Assembly (NCBI GenBank): GCA_965249275.1
Contig: CBDFLQ010000007.1
Span: 704,001 to 768,000, forward strand
Source of the DNA: Dehalococcoidia bacterium
Lineage (GTDB): Bacteria > Chloroflexota > Dehalococcoidia > Plut-88900
Length of the DNA stretch: 64,000 nucleotides
Reading direction: 5' to 3'
The translations under genes were made by a program, and so were the position numbers. The notes below the pieces were generated by a model. The model saw only the letters and a list, made by a program, of their open reading frames with translations. It was not told the origin of the DNA and searched no databases. This document shows, piece by piece, positions 1-9,573 of this stretch. Position 1 is the stretch's first letter. Every line of letters starts with the position of its first letter.

Positions 1-938
1 GATATCGGTTTGATAGCCACCCGTACCACGATGTCCTCACCATTGCTCATCCCTCCCTCGATACCCCCCGCCCGATTCGACATCCGCTTCCACTTCCGCT
101 CCCGTAACCCGTCGAAAGGTTCTATAACATCGTGCACCAGCGACCCCACCATCTGCGCCTGCTCGAACCCCGGCCCAATCTCGACGCCCTTCACCGCATT
201 GATGCTCATCATGGCCTGCGCCAGGTTGGCATCAAGCTTCCTGTCCCAGTGCACGTGGCTGCCCAGTCCTATCGGCGCCCCCGACGCCACCACCTGAAAC
301 ACCCCACCCACCGTGTCCCCCGACTCTTTTGCATCATCTATCGCCCCTATCATCCTCTGTTCAACATTCGGCTCATGGCACCGCACCACCGACTCCTCCA
401 CCACCCCCCAGTCCTCCGGCATCGGGTTCTTCACCCCGTGTCCGGCTATGGACAGCGTGTTGCTATGAATCTCAACCGAAAGCTCGCTCAGTAGAGCCCT
501 GCACACTGCGCCCACCGCCACCCGAGCCGCCGTCTCCCTGGCGCTGGCCCGTTCCAGGATGTTACGTACGTCGTTCTGCTTATACTTCAGGATGCCCGGC
601 ATGTCGGCGTGGCCCGGCCTCAGCCGCGTCACCTTCTTCACCTGCCAGTTTACAGCCTCGACCGCCATTACCTCTTGCCAATTCTCCCAGTCCCTGTTTT
701 GGATCCACAACCCTATCGGGCTACCCAGCGTCATCCCGTGCCTCACCCCCGACTTGATCAGCGCCCGATCCTTCTCTATCTTCATCCGACCCCCGCGCCC
801 GTACCCCTTCTGCCGACGCGCCAGGTCCTTCTGGATGTAGTCTTCACTCAGGGAAAGCCCTGCGGGTATCCCCTCAATAATGATCGAGAGTCCCTGTCCG
901 TGGGACTCTCCGCTGGTCAGAAACCTTATTTTGCTCAT
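1..938 (-). CDS. aroC: Chorismate synthase (3' end truncated by window edge)
   Basis: Absent from the ORF track. ATG at 938 overlaps the aroE stop (ATGA). Reads MSKIRFLTSGESHGQG...RRQKGYGRGGRMKIE...RPGHAD...LERASARETAAR, classic AroC motifs. Confidence 0.96.
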   Translation of the reverse strand, partial: MSKIRFLTSGESHGQGLSIIIEGIPAGLSLSEDYIQKDLARRQKGYGRGGRMKIEKDRALIKSGVRHGMTLGSPIGLWIQNRDWENWQEVMAVEAVNWQVKKVTRLRPGHADMPGILKYKQNDVRNILERASARETAARVAVGAVCRALLSELSVEIHSNTLSIAGHGVKNPMPEDWGVVEESVVRCHEPNVEQRMIGAIDDAKESGDTVGGVFQVVASGAPIGLGSHVHWDRKLDANLAQAMMSINAVKGVEIGPGFEQAQMVGSLVHDVIEPFDGLRERKWKRMSNRAGGIEGGMSNGEDIVVRVAIKPI

Positions 939-1777
939 CTATTTGCCATCGCTTCTCGCGCCGCCGAGAACATCACGCCCACCGGGGCCCAACGCCTGAG
1001 CCACAGCTCGAACGCCTCCGCCCCTTGAAATACCAGCATCGGCAGCCCGCCCAATGTCTGCGCCCCGGCCTCCTTGGCCTGCTTCAGCAGCACGGTCTCT
1101 TCAGGATTATATATCAGGTCGTATACCAGGGCTCCGGGCACGAGCCGGTCTTTACTCACCGGCGATGCATCCTCTACCGACGTGTGCCGCATCCCTACCG
1201 ACGTGCCGTTGACCAGTAAGTCGTACTTGTATCCTTCTGGTATCTCTCCCATCACCGACACTTTCACATCTGGATATGCCGCCGAAACCTCTTCCCCCAA
1301 CCTCTCAGCCCGGACAACAGTCCGATTCACCAGCATCATCGATGCAACCGTCTCCCCCGCCAATCCAAAGGCCACGGCCCTGCCCGCTCCCCCCGTCCCC
1401 ACCACTACCACGTCTTTGCCCCGTGGCTCGAATCCGCCGTTCTCCCTCAACCCTCGCAGAAAGCCCGGGGCATCAGTGTTGTGCCCCGTCAGCCTGCCCC
1501 CTCGCGAAACTATAGTGTTTACGCTGCCTATCTTCCTTGCCGTATCGCTTATCTCGTCCAGGAGAGGCATCACCGCCTCCTTGTGAGGGATGGTCACACT
1601 CGACCCGAGCACTCCATCGGAGCGGAAGCTTTCCAACCGCTTCTCTAGGTCCTCTGGTGCAGTCTCCCAACCCTCGTACCGGGCGTCGATTCCCAAGGCG
1701 TCCAGAGCCGCCTGCTGGAACACGGGAGAGATCGAATGCCCAAGTGGATACCCTATGATCCCGAGGGACTTGCTCAT
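935..1777 (-). CDS. aroE: Shikimate dehydrogenase
   Basis: GYPLGHSISP, VTIPHK, SVNT, GHNTD, GTGGAG, DLIYNP, GLPMLVFQG motifs; adjacent to aroC. Confidence 0.96.
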   Translation of the reverse strand: MSKSLGIIGYPLGHSISPVFQQAALDALGIDARYEGWETAPEDLEKRLESFRSDGVLGSSVTIPHKEAVMPLLDEISDTARKIGSVNTIVSRGGRLTGHNTDAPGFLRGLRENGGFEPRGKDVVVVGTGGAGRAVAFGLAGETVASMMLVNRTVVRAERLGEEVSAAYPDVKVSVMGEIPEGYKYDLLVNGTSVGMRHTSVEDASPVSKDRLVPGALVYDLIYNPEETVLLKQAKEAGAQTLGGLPMLVFQGAEAFELWLRRWAPVGVMFSAAREAMANR

Positions 1778-2217
1778 AGGCTATCAACCGGATGGGGGGC
1801 TCCCATGCTCCGTGTCCCCTGAAGATACTCCCGGAGAATTACCGCCGCCGCCACCGAGTCCCGCTTCCCCTTCTTCCGCCCTCGTTTCACACCCGACTCC
1901 CCCATTATCCTATCCGCCGCCGCTGACGAGTAGCTTTCGTCCCACATCCTCACCGGCTTCGATATCCGCTCAGCCAGCAGGTCCGTAAACGTTCGTATCT
2001 TCCGCGCCTGTGGCCCGACCTCCCCATCCAGCGAAACCGGCGTACCCACCACCACCTCCCCAACGCCTTCCAGTTCCACCAACTCCGCTATCTTCTCTAT
2101 CGCCGCTGCACGGGTCCCGGCCCTTATTGTGGTAAGCGGTTCTACTACGGTGCCCGTCGGATCGCTCACTGCCACACCAATCCTGACGTCCCCGACATCA
2201 AGACCCAGCGACCTCAC
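1774..2217 (-). CDS. ruvX: YqgF/RuvX pre-16S rRNA nuclease (Holliday junction resolvase-like)
   Basis: LGLDVGDVRIGVAVSD, WDESYSS, DSVAAAVIL; conserved alaS-yqgF synteny. Confidence 0.94.
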   Translation of the reverse strand: MRSLGLDVGDVRIGVAVSDPTGTVVEPLTTIRAGTRAAAIEKIAELVELEGVGEVVVGTPVSLDGEVGPQARKIRTFTDLLAERISKPVRMWDESYSSAAADRIMGESGVKRGRKKGKRDSVAAAVILREYLQGTRSMGAPHPVDSL

Positions 2218-2219
2218 CC

Positions 2220-4919
2220 TTAGTTCCCACCCTCTCTCACCAACCTCGCCACCTCATCCAACGCCGCCGACACCTTGCTCTTGTCCTTTCCCCCCGCCTG
2301 CGCCATCTCCGGGGTCCCACCCCCACCCCCTCCCGCTACCTTCGCCACCCTCTTCACGATATTCCCGGCGTGTAAACCCTTGGCCGCCAGGTCAGGCGTC
2401 GCCATGGCAACGAACATCGGCCTGTCGTTTATCACCGACGCCAGCACCACGAACACGCTCCCCAGCTTAGCCTTCAGAAAGTCGCCCATCTCCCGCATCG
2501 TCTCGACATTCGGCGCATCCACCCGGGCCGCGACCACCTGCGCCCCGTCCACATCCTGCACCCGGCCCAGCAGTCCCTCTGCCTCCCGACGCGCCGCATC
2601 CCGCTCCAGCCTGTCCGCCCGCCTGCGCTCCGCGTCTCGCTCTTCTACTAAGGCCGCGACCTTATCGACGATCTCTTCCGCCGGTGATTTCAGTTGTGCC
2701 GATAGCTCTTCAACGAGGTCGTAGCGCCGCACCAGCAGGTCCTGCACCGAGCCCCCAGTCACCGCTTCGATCCTCCTCAGCCCTGACCCTATGCTCCCCT
2801 CATCCGTTACCTGGAAGTTCCACACCTCTCCCGTACGGCCGACGTGCGTCCCTCCGCAAACCTCGAAGCTGAATCTGTCATCCCCATCCCCCATCGACAC
2901 CAGCCTGACCACGTCCGGATACTTGTCCCCGAAGAATGCCAGCGCGCCCCTGGAAATCGCCTCCGGATACGGGGCCTCGTCGTTGGTAATCTGAAGGTCG
3001 GAGCTAATCTTTTCATTCACCAGGTTTCGGATGTCGTGGAGGTCGGCTCTCCCCAGCCCGACCGGATGCGTGAAGTCGAACCTCAACCTGTCTGGCGCAA
3101 CCAGCGACCCCGCCTGCCTGACGTGCTGCCCGAGCACTTGCCTCAGAGCAGCGTGAAGCAAGTGCGTCGCCGTGTGGTTCCTCGCCGACTCCCTCCGGTG
3201 TCCCGGGTCCACTGTCATCGTCACCGGGTCCCCGACAACCATCTCTCCATCCACAACCCTCCCCCGATGCACGTAGAACCCCAACATCGTAGCCTGCGTG
3301 TCCTCGACAATAATCCGGCCGGCCGGCCCCGTGATCTCCCCCCTGTCCCCGACCTGCCCCCCACCCTCCGCGTAGAAGGGCGTCTCCATCGTCACCACTT
3401 CCAACTCCTCGCCTCCCCCAACCCTCTGCACCGACACCCCTTCCCTCAGCAGCCCCACCACCACCGACTCCCCAGCCAGCGTCTCATATCCTGTGAACCG
3501 TGTCGCACCTAGCCCCACCGCCGCATACGCCTCCGACATCTTGTCCTTGCGGAACGACTGGGCTGCCCTCCCCCGCTCCCTCTGCGCCTCCATCTCCCTC
3601 TCAAACCCCTCCATATCCACCGCGAACCCCTCTTCGGCCGCCACCTCTTCTGTGAGTTCCGGCGGGAACCCGTATGTGTCGTATAGCCTGAAAACGTCCC
3701 GTCCCCCGATAACTCGCTTCCCAACGTCATGTGGTTCCTCCTCAATCGGTGTCGGCGGGATTATCTCAACTTTGCCAAGTTTGATTTCTAACGTTCCTAC
3801 GTTGATTGTGAGATTCTTTACTTCGATCATCCCCGCGTCCAAAGTGTCGTGGAACCGAGATTCTTCCTGCTCAATCACATTCAAGATGAACTCCCGGTTC
3901 CTCTCCAGGTCCGGGTACGCCTCCCTCATATTCTCGATAACCGTCTCGGCTATAGTCACCAGCACCGGCTCCCGAACCCCGAGTTTCCGCGCAAACGTCA
4001 CGGCCCGACGCAATATCCTCCGTAGCACGTACCCCCGGCCCTCATTCCCCGGCACCACGCCGTCGCTGATCAGGAAAGTCGTCCCTCGGGCGTGCTCCGC
4101 CAGCACCCGCATCGCCGCATCCGTTTCCTTGTCCGACCCATACGTGCGCCCGGTCACCTCCGACACTTTCCCCATGATCGCCTGGAACCCGTCAGTCTCG
4201 TAGACGTTCGTAACGCCCTGCATTATCGCCGCCGTCCGCTCCAGCCCCATCCCCGTGTCGATGTTCCCGCTAGGCAGGGGTGTCCGATTGCCCTCCGTGT
4301 CCTGGTAGTACTCGGTGAGCACAAGGTTGTAGAACTCGGTGAACCGGTTGCAATCGCAGGCCGGGCCGCAGTCCGGCTTGCCGCACGAAAGCTCCTTCCC
4401 GAAATCGTAGTAGATCTCTGTGCACGGCCCGCACGGCCCCGAGTCCCCCGGCGGCCCCCACCAATTCTCGCTCTCGTCGTACCGTACTAGCCGTTCTTCC
4501 GGCACCCCCAGTTCCCGCCACAGCTCGTACGACTCGTCGTCACTCAGAAAAACGCTTACCCATAGCTTTTCCGGCGGCAGTTTCAGCCGCTTGGTCACCA
4601 GTTCCCACGCCCACTCTATCGCCTCCTTCTTGAAATAGTCCGCAACACTGAAGTTGCCCAGCATTTCGAAGAAGGTCAGGTGGTCTGCATCCCCCACGGA
4701 GTCGATGTCCGTGGTCCGGAAGCACTTCTGGCACGAGGCCAGCCGAGGCGCGGGGGCCTTGGCCTCCCCCGTGAAAAATGGCTTGACCTGCACCACCCCG
4801 GCGCTGGTCAACAGCAGAGTCGGGTCTCCAATGGGTATCAGGGACGAGCTTGGTATGACCAGGTGCCCCTTCGATTCATAAAAGGACAGGAATGCTCGCC
4901 TTAGCTCGTCGCTGTTCAA
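2220..4919 (-). CDS. alaS: Alanine--tRNA ligase
   Basis: DPTLLLTSAG, HLTFFEMLGNFS, IDTGMGLER, LYDTYGFP, HTATHLLH, CGGTH editing motif, C-terminal GGGGG...AQAGG; TTG start. Confidence 0.98.
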   Translation of the reverse strand: MNSDELRRAFLSFYESKGHLVIPSSSLIPIGDPTLLLTSAGVVQVKPFFTGEAKAPAPRLASCQKCFRTTDIDSVGDADHLTFFEMLGNFSVADYFKKEAIEWAWELVTKRLKLPPEKLWVSVFLSDDESYELWRELGVPEERLVRYDESENWWGPPGDSGPCGPCTEIYYDFGKELSCGKPDCGPACDCNRFTEFYNLVLTEYYQDTEGNRTPLPSGNIDTGMGLERTAAIMQGVTNVYETDGFQAIMGKVSEVTGRTYGSDKETDAAMRVLAEHARGTTFLISDGVVPGNEGRGYVLRRILRRAVTFARKLGVREPVLVTIAETVIENMREAYPDLERNREFILNVIEQEESRFHDTLDAGMIEVKNLTINVGTLEIKLGKVEIIPPTPIEEEPHDVGKRVIGGRDVFRLYDTYGFPPELTEEVAAEEGFAVDMEGFEREMEAQRERGRAAQSFRKDKMSEAYAAVGLGATRFTGYETLAGESVVVGLLREGVSVQRVGGGEELEVVTMETPFYAEGGGQVGDRGEITGPAGRIIVEDTQATMLGFYVHRGRVVDGEMVVGDPVTMTVDPGHRRESARNHTATHLLHAALRQVLGQHVRQAGSLVAPDRLRFDFTHPVGLGRADLHDIRNLVNEKISSDLQITNDEAPYPEAISRGALAFFGDKYPDVVRLVSMGDGDDRFSFEVCGGTHVGRTGEVWNFQVTDEGSIGSGLRRIEAVTGGSVQDLLVRRYDLVEELSAQLKSPAEEIVDKVAALVEERDAERRRADRLERDAARREAEGLLGRVQDVDGAQVVAARVDAPNVETMREMGDFLKAKLGSVFVVLASVINDRPMFVAMATPDLAAKGLHAGNIVKRVAKVAGGGGGGTPEMAQAGGKDKSKVSAALDEVARLVREGGN

Positions 4920-5082
4920 CTCTGCCCTTTTCCTTGGGTAGGACCCAATCCGACCTTTGTCTCGCCAATTTCAACTGCCTCACGATTGTAGGCAAACCCC
5001 ATACCTCAGTCAACGAACCCTTACATCTGCGTAATTCCCCCAAACCGGATTGCGAAGTACGCCATATCCAAGGGTGGGACAG

Positions 5083-5250
5083 CCCGCTCGTGCTGTCGCA
5101 GGTGGACCATGCGCCTGTAGAGGATCCGCTTCGGCGGGAACCTGCTGAAAGTGGACCATCCGCCTATGGAGGGTCCGCTTATAGAGGATCGAAGTATGAG
5201 CGGGGGGAGTGGGGCCGCTCGTGCTGAGCCCGTCGAAGTATGAGCGGGGA
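5083..5250. repeat. Nested REP-like palindrome cluster (CCGCTCGTGCTGAGC..TCGAAGTATGAGCGG family)
   Basis: Two copies of ccgctcgtgctg...tcgaagtatgagcgg; the first is interrupted by gtggaccat/ccgcc units. Related copies at ~16601, ~20151 and ~48685. Confidence 0.7.
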
Positions 5251-5327
5251 GGGGTACCGCACCCCATAAATACCAATCGACACCCCTAACCGTGTCATGG
5301 GGTAATGCAGCCACTCCCCGCACCCCA

Positions 5328-5336
5328 TGCTATAAT
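5328..5336 (+). promoter_or_regulatory. Extended -10 promoter (TGcTATAAT) of the ureohydrolase operon
   Basis: Perfect TGnTATAAT ~25 nt upstream of the GGAGG RBS and TTG start at 5361. Confidence 0.6.
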
Positions 5337-5360
5337 CCAAACCCTAAAAGGGAGGCGGCT

Positions 5361-6341
5361 TTGCCCTACCAACGAGACCTTCTGCCCTCGTTCGCCGGTA
5401 TCAACACCTTCGCCCGTGCCCCGCAGGCCGGATTCGAGGATGTCGGGCCCGGTTGCGTCGCCGTCTTAGGCGTCCCCCACGACGGCTCCTCCACCTCCCG
5501 CCAGGGCGTTAGGCAGGGCCCCCGGGCTATCCGGGAAGCCAGCGCCGACTTCATCTACGAACTCCAGGCCTCCGAGGCTGGTGCCCTCATCGACGTCATA
5601 TCAGGCCGGGTGCTCCACCTCCCCCAACCCTCGACCCTTCTCGACCTCGGAGACCTCACCCTTTCTCCTCTGGACCTTCCCGGCAACCTGGATGCTTGCC
5701 GATCCGCCTTCTCCCGCATCGCCGAAGCCGGTGCCTGCCCCGTCGCCCTCGGCGGCGACCGCTTTATCACATTCCCCCTCCTTGAGGGCGTGAAGGCCGG
5801 ATCGGGCCGCAGCCTCGGCCTGATACGCATCTCCGCTGAACTCTCCCTCGCCGACCCCGATTCCCAATACGGCCCCGATTGGTCCGGCGCTTCTATCCGC
5901 CGCATCCTGGACGCCGGCGGCGTCGAGGCCCGTAACACAGTATTAGTCGGGACCCAGGGCTATATACCCTACCGGGAGTGGGAGTACGCTCGCTCACAGG
6001 GCGTCACCGTAATAACCGCCGACTCAGTGAAAGCCGAGGGCCTCGAGGCAACAGTGCGCCGGGCGTTGGAAATCGCAGGACAGGACTGCGAAGCCGTCTA
6101 CCTCAGCCTCGACATCGGCGTTGTCGACTCCGGCTATGCATCCGGTACCGCCGAAGTTGTAGTCGGTGGCCTTATTCCCCGCGACCTGCTCGCTATCATG
6201 CGCGAGCTTTCCGCATTCCCCAGGGTCGCCGCCCTTGACGTAGTAGAGGTAGCCCCCGGTCTCGACGTCCGAGGACGCTCCGAACGCCTCGCTGCCCAGG
6301 CCATTATCGAACTTATTGCACCCCCCGTTTTCGGGGCGTAA
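5361..6341 (+). CDS. Ureohydrolase (agmatinase/arginase family) paralog 1; metal ligands degenerate
   Basis: GVPHDG, GPRAIREAS, DLGD, DVVEVAP. GGDH->GGDR, DAHxD->SAELS, DID->DIG. TTG start after GGAGG. Confidence 0.88.
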   Translation: MPYQRDLLPSFAGINTFARAPQAGFEDVGPGCVAVLGVPHDGSSTSRQGVRQGPRAIREASADFIYELQASEAGALIDVISGRVLHLPQPSTLLDLGDLTLSPLDLPGNLDACRSAFSRIAEAGACPVALGGDRFITFPLLEGVKAGSGRSLGLIRISAELSLADPDSQYGPDWSGASIRRILDAGGVEARNTVLVGTQGYIPYREWEYARSQGVTVITADSVKAEGLEATVRRALEIAGQDCEAVYLSLDIGVVDSGYASGTAEVVVGGLIPRDLLAIMRELSAFPRVAALDVVEVAPGLDVRGRSERLAAQAIIELIAPPVFGA

Positions 6342-6354
6342 CCCCGAGACCCTT

Positions 6355-7338
6355 ATGACCACACAGTCGGCCCCCGTATCCACACCCGGCATTTCCACCT
6401 TCATGGACCTGCCCCGAGGCGACTTGGAGCACCTCAAAGAAGGTATGGCTGCAATCTGCGGCGTCTCCTATGACCTGTCCTGCACTACTAAGATTGGGTC
6501 GAGGTTTGGCCCACGAGCCATCCGGGATAGCTCCGGTTATTACGCCGGCGCATTCTCCCGCTCCGACCTCGTTGAAATCACTACCGGCGACCGCATGAGC
6601 GGCGACCGTCGCTCCCAAATTCTTGACCTCGGCGACTTCAACGCCTACCCCCTCGACTGGCCCCGCACAGAAAAAGAGCTCCGACGCTCCCTCTACGAAG
6701 TGTCCGCCACCGGTGCGACCCCCGTGATTCTCGGTGGCGATCACTTCGTCTCCTATCCCCTATGCCTCGGCTACGCCGACGCCATCCGCGAGCGCACCGG
6801 CCGCGGCATCGGCTACGTCCAACTTTCCAGCCGACTTGATCTCGGCACCCGAGACCCGGTCTGGGGAGACGTATGGCGTGGCGCAACCGCCCGGCGCATC
6901 CTGGACTCTGGGGCCGTTGCCCCGAAGAACATGGTCTGGATTGGCGTTAACGGCTACCTCCGCCGAGAGGAGTGGGACTTCGCCCAGGAAAGAGAGTTGT
7001 CCGTATTCACTCTCGAAGACGTGCGCCGCCGAGGCCTGCAGAACGTGGTCGAAAACGCAATGGAAATTGCAGGAGACGGATGCGACTCCGTCTACGTCAG
7101 CATCGACTTTGATGTGATGGACGGCGGTATCGTCGCCGCCACCTCAGACCCGTGCTTCGACGGCCTCACCAACGTCCAGCTTCTCAAAGCCGTCGACATC
7201 CTCCGCCGAAAGAAGGCCGGGGCCCTGGACCTTGTTGGCATGAATCCCACGGTGAATATGATTTCCGCCACCGGCCCCCGACTCGGGGCATGGATCGTCA
7301 TCCGGTTCCTCGCTGGAGAGGCCCTCGCCTATCCCTAG
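6355..7338 (+). CDS. Ureohydrolase paralog 2; DAHxD motif degenerate
   Basis: GSRFGPRAIR, GGDHFVS, QLSSRLDLG in place of DAHxD, SIDFDVMD. Confidence 0.88.
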   Translation: MTTQSAPVSTPGISTFMDLPRGDLEHLKEGMAAICGVSYDLSCTTKIGSRFGPRAIRDSSGYYAGAFSRSDLVEITTGDRMSGDRRSQILDLGDFNAYPLDWPRTEKELRRSLYEVSATGATPVILGGDHFVSYPLCLGYADAIRERTGRGIGYVQLSSRLDLGTRDPVWGDVWRGATARRILDSGAVAPKNMVWIGVNGYLRREEWDFAQERELSVFTLEDVRRRGLQNVVENAMEIAGDGCDSVYVSIDFDVMDGGIVAATSDPCFDGLTNVQLLKAVDILRRKKAGALDLVGMNPTVNMISATGPRLGAWIVIRFLAGEALAYP

Positions 7339-7352
7339 GCCATGACTTAACT

Positions 7353-8324
7353 ATGCAAAACTACGCGTACACATCGTCCCCCACCTTCATGGGCGCCCCC
7401 CTTGTAGGCCTCTCCGATGTCCAGCCGGGCATGACGGTGATCAGCGGCGCTCCGCATAGCCTCCGAGACCGCTTCGGCGAGAGGTACGGCCCCCGAGGCA
7501 TCCGCGAGCACTCCCTGCCCCTTGCCCAGAGTTTCGACCGCGCCGAAGAGGGTTTGATCGACGTGTCCACCGGGCGCACCCTCATCCGCCCCACCCAATC
7601 CCCCCTCGTAGACGTCGGCGACTTCAACAGTTACCCCTCCGACGTCATGAAAGCCACCGAGGGCATTGCCGGCGGCGTTTCGGAGGTGGTGATGAGGGGC
7701 GGATTCTCCGTCTGCCTGGGCGGCGACCACTACGTCGGTTACCCATCCTGCCTCGGATACACACGGGCCCTAAGCCAAATCAGGCCCAACGCCCGGGTCG
7801 GCTACATCCACATCGACGGCCACCTCGACTTCGCCGACTCCTACGGCCCCTACGGCAAGTACATGAATGGCACCAACGCCCGCCGAATCTCGGAGCTGGA
7901 CGCCATGGAACCCGCCAACATGGTTTTCATAGGCATCCAGGGCCCCTGCTACCTGGACCAGGTCGAGCTCATCCGCCGCTACGGAGGCACGATTTTCACC
8001 AGCGAGGACGTGGAGGAGATGGGCCCCGAGACCGTCGGACGCCGCGCCGCCGAGCTGGCCCTCAAGGGCTGTGACTCTATCTACATGAGCTTCGACATCG
8101 ACGTCATAGACGCCGGCTTCTCTGACGGCACAGGCTCAGTCACTATGGGGGCCATGACGGCATCCACCCTATTCCGCATCCTCGGGCCCCTGTCCGAATA
8201 TCCCATCGGCGCAATGGACCTTGTGGAGACCTCCCCACCCCTCGACGCCGGCAGCCGCACCCCCCGGTTCGCCGCCGAGGCCCTCGTCAAGCTAATCGCT
8301 CCAAGAATATTTGATATCTATTGA
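7353..8324 (+). CDS. Ureohydrolase paralog 3; intact binuclear metal site
   Basis: GGDHYVG, HIDGHLD, SFDIDVID, DLVETSP; ATG at 7353. Confidence 0.9.
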   Translation: MQNYAYTSSPTFMGAPLVGLSDVQPGMTVISGAPHSLRDRFGERYGPRGIREHSLPLAQSFDRAEEGLIDVSTGRTLIRPTQSPLVDVGDFNSYPSDVMKATEGIAGGVSEVVMRGGFSVCLGGDHYVGYPSCLGYTRALSQIRPNARVGYIHIDGHLDFADSYGPYGKYMNGTNARRISELDAMEPANMVFIGIQGPCYLDQVELIRRYGGTIFTSEDVEEMGPETVGRRAAELALKGCDSIYMSFDIDVIDAGFSDGTGSVTMGAMTASTLFRILGPLSEYPIGAMDLVETSPPLDAGSRTPRFAAEALVKLIAPRIFDIY

Positions 8325-8342
8325 GAACACGACCGACTCGGC

Positions 8343-8555
8343 ATGAAGAAGAGCGTAATCACTTGGCCCATGCTCCTGACGGGGTTAGTCCTGTTTTTCA
8401 TCGCGGGAATCGCGTTGTGGTTTCTCCACGACCTCTTCCACGACAGCATAGGCATATCCCTGTTATTGCTGTGGGTGGTGGCGGTCGTGGCATTTTGGGC
8501 TACCGTCCTGCTAATTGTGCTCAAGCTATTCAAGCAGATTTGGCAGAGAGTCTGA
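8343..8555 (+). CDS. Small two-TM membrane protein
   Basis: 70 aa with two hydrophobic stretches; fills the gap between paralogs 3 and 4 on the same strand. Confidence 0.65.
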   Translation: MKKSVITWPMLLTGLVLFFIAGIALWFLHDLFHDSIGISLLLLWVVAVVAFWATVLLIVLKLFKQIWQRV

Positions 8556-8577
8556 TGCTTAGAGTGACGAGGCCGTA

Positions 8578-9573
8578 ATGCCAATCCGCAGAGGCCCCAC
8601 ACCCAAGACCGGTGGGTTGCTCACCTTCATCGGTGCCCCGACGGGGACTATCGAGGAGCTGACACCCGGCATGTTCGGCGTATTCGGCGTGCCCTACGAT
8701 GTATCCGCCCCCGACCAGCTCGGCCCCCGACTCGCGCCCAAGGCCTATCGGGAAACCTCCACCTACTTCCAGATGATGACCGCCCAGGACGCGACTCTCG
8801 TCGAGATCAACTCCCGCCTTCCAACCGACACCAACCTCGTCCGCGACCGTGTCCGTGACCTGGGTGACCTCCCCGTATCCCACGTCGATTGGGAGATACT
8901 GTCTTTCACCCTTCGGGACGCAGCAAAACGCATCAGCAGCCAGGGCGCCGTGCCCATTGCCCTGGGCGGCGACCACTTCATCGCCTCCGCCTTGGCCCAG
9001 GGCTACCGGAAAGCAACCGGCGGACATATCGGTTATATCCAGCTCTCCAGCCGCCTGGACCTCGGCCTCCGAGACCCCGCTTGGGGAGACGTATGGCGCG
9101 GAGCCACAGTTCGCCGCCTCCTGGACTCGGGGACCGTCCACCCGAAGAACTTGGTATGGATCGGCGCAAACGGCTACATACCGCTCGACCAGTGGCAGAT
9201 TGCAAACAGACTGCCGGCTACTATGATCGACGCAGAGCAAGTCCGCCGCCGCGGCATCCCCAATGTAATAACCGAAGCCCTGGAACGGGCCTCCGACGGC
9301 TGCTCCGGCGTCTTCGTGGGCGTTGACATAGATGTCATGGACGGCGGTTACGTAGCCATGACCGGAACTCCCCGCTTCGACGGCCTCCGAAACGTGGACC
9401 TCTTCGAAGCTCTCACCCTCCTGGCCCGAGGCCCGGTTGGCGGCGTCAGCCTATGTGGCTTAAACCCTCTCATCGAGACCATGAGCCTGGCCAAAACAGG
9501 TCAGCGCTGCGGTGCAGAGATGCTGGTCCGTTTCATCGACGAGAAAATCAGAGTAGCCGAGGCCGCCAAGTGA
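8578..9573 (+). CDS. Ureohydrolase paralog 4; DAHxD motif degenerate (close to paralog 2)
   Basis: GGDHFIA, QLSSRLDLGLRDPAWGDVWRGAT shared with paralog 2, GVDIDVMD. Confidence 0.88.
   Translation: MPIRRGPTPKTGGLLTFIGAPTGTIEELTPGMFGVFGVPYDVSAPDQLGPRLAPKAYRETSTYFQMMTAQDATLVEINSRLPTDTNLVRDRVRDLGDLPVSHVDWEILSFTLRDAAKRISSQGAVPIALGGDHFIASALAQGYRKATGGHIGYIQLSSRLDLGLRDPAWGDVWRGATVRRLLDSGTVHPKNLVWIGANGYIPLDQWQIANRLPATMIDAEQVRRRGIPNVITEALERASDGCSGVFVGVDIDVMDGGYVAMTGTPRFDGLRNVDLFEALTLLARGPVGGVSLCGLNPLIETMSLAKTGQRCGAEMLVRFIDEKIRVAEAAK

Noticed and set aside
5010-5340. Possible guanidine riboswitch or T-box between alaS and the ureohydrolases
   Set aside because: No ykkC, mini-ykkC ACGR or T-box consensus is visible; the hairpins belong to REP families and the promoter lies only ~25 nt from the start codon.
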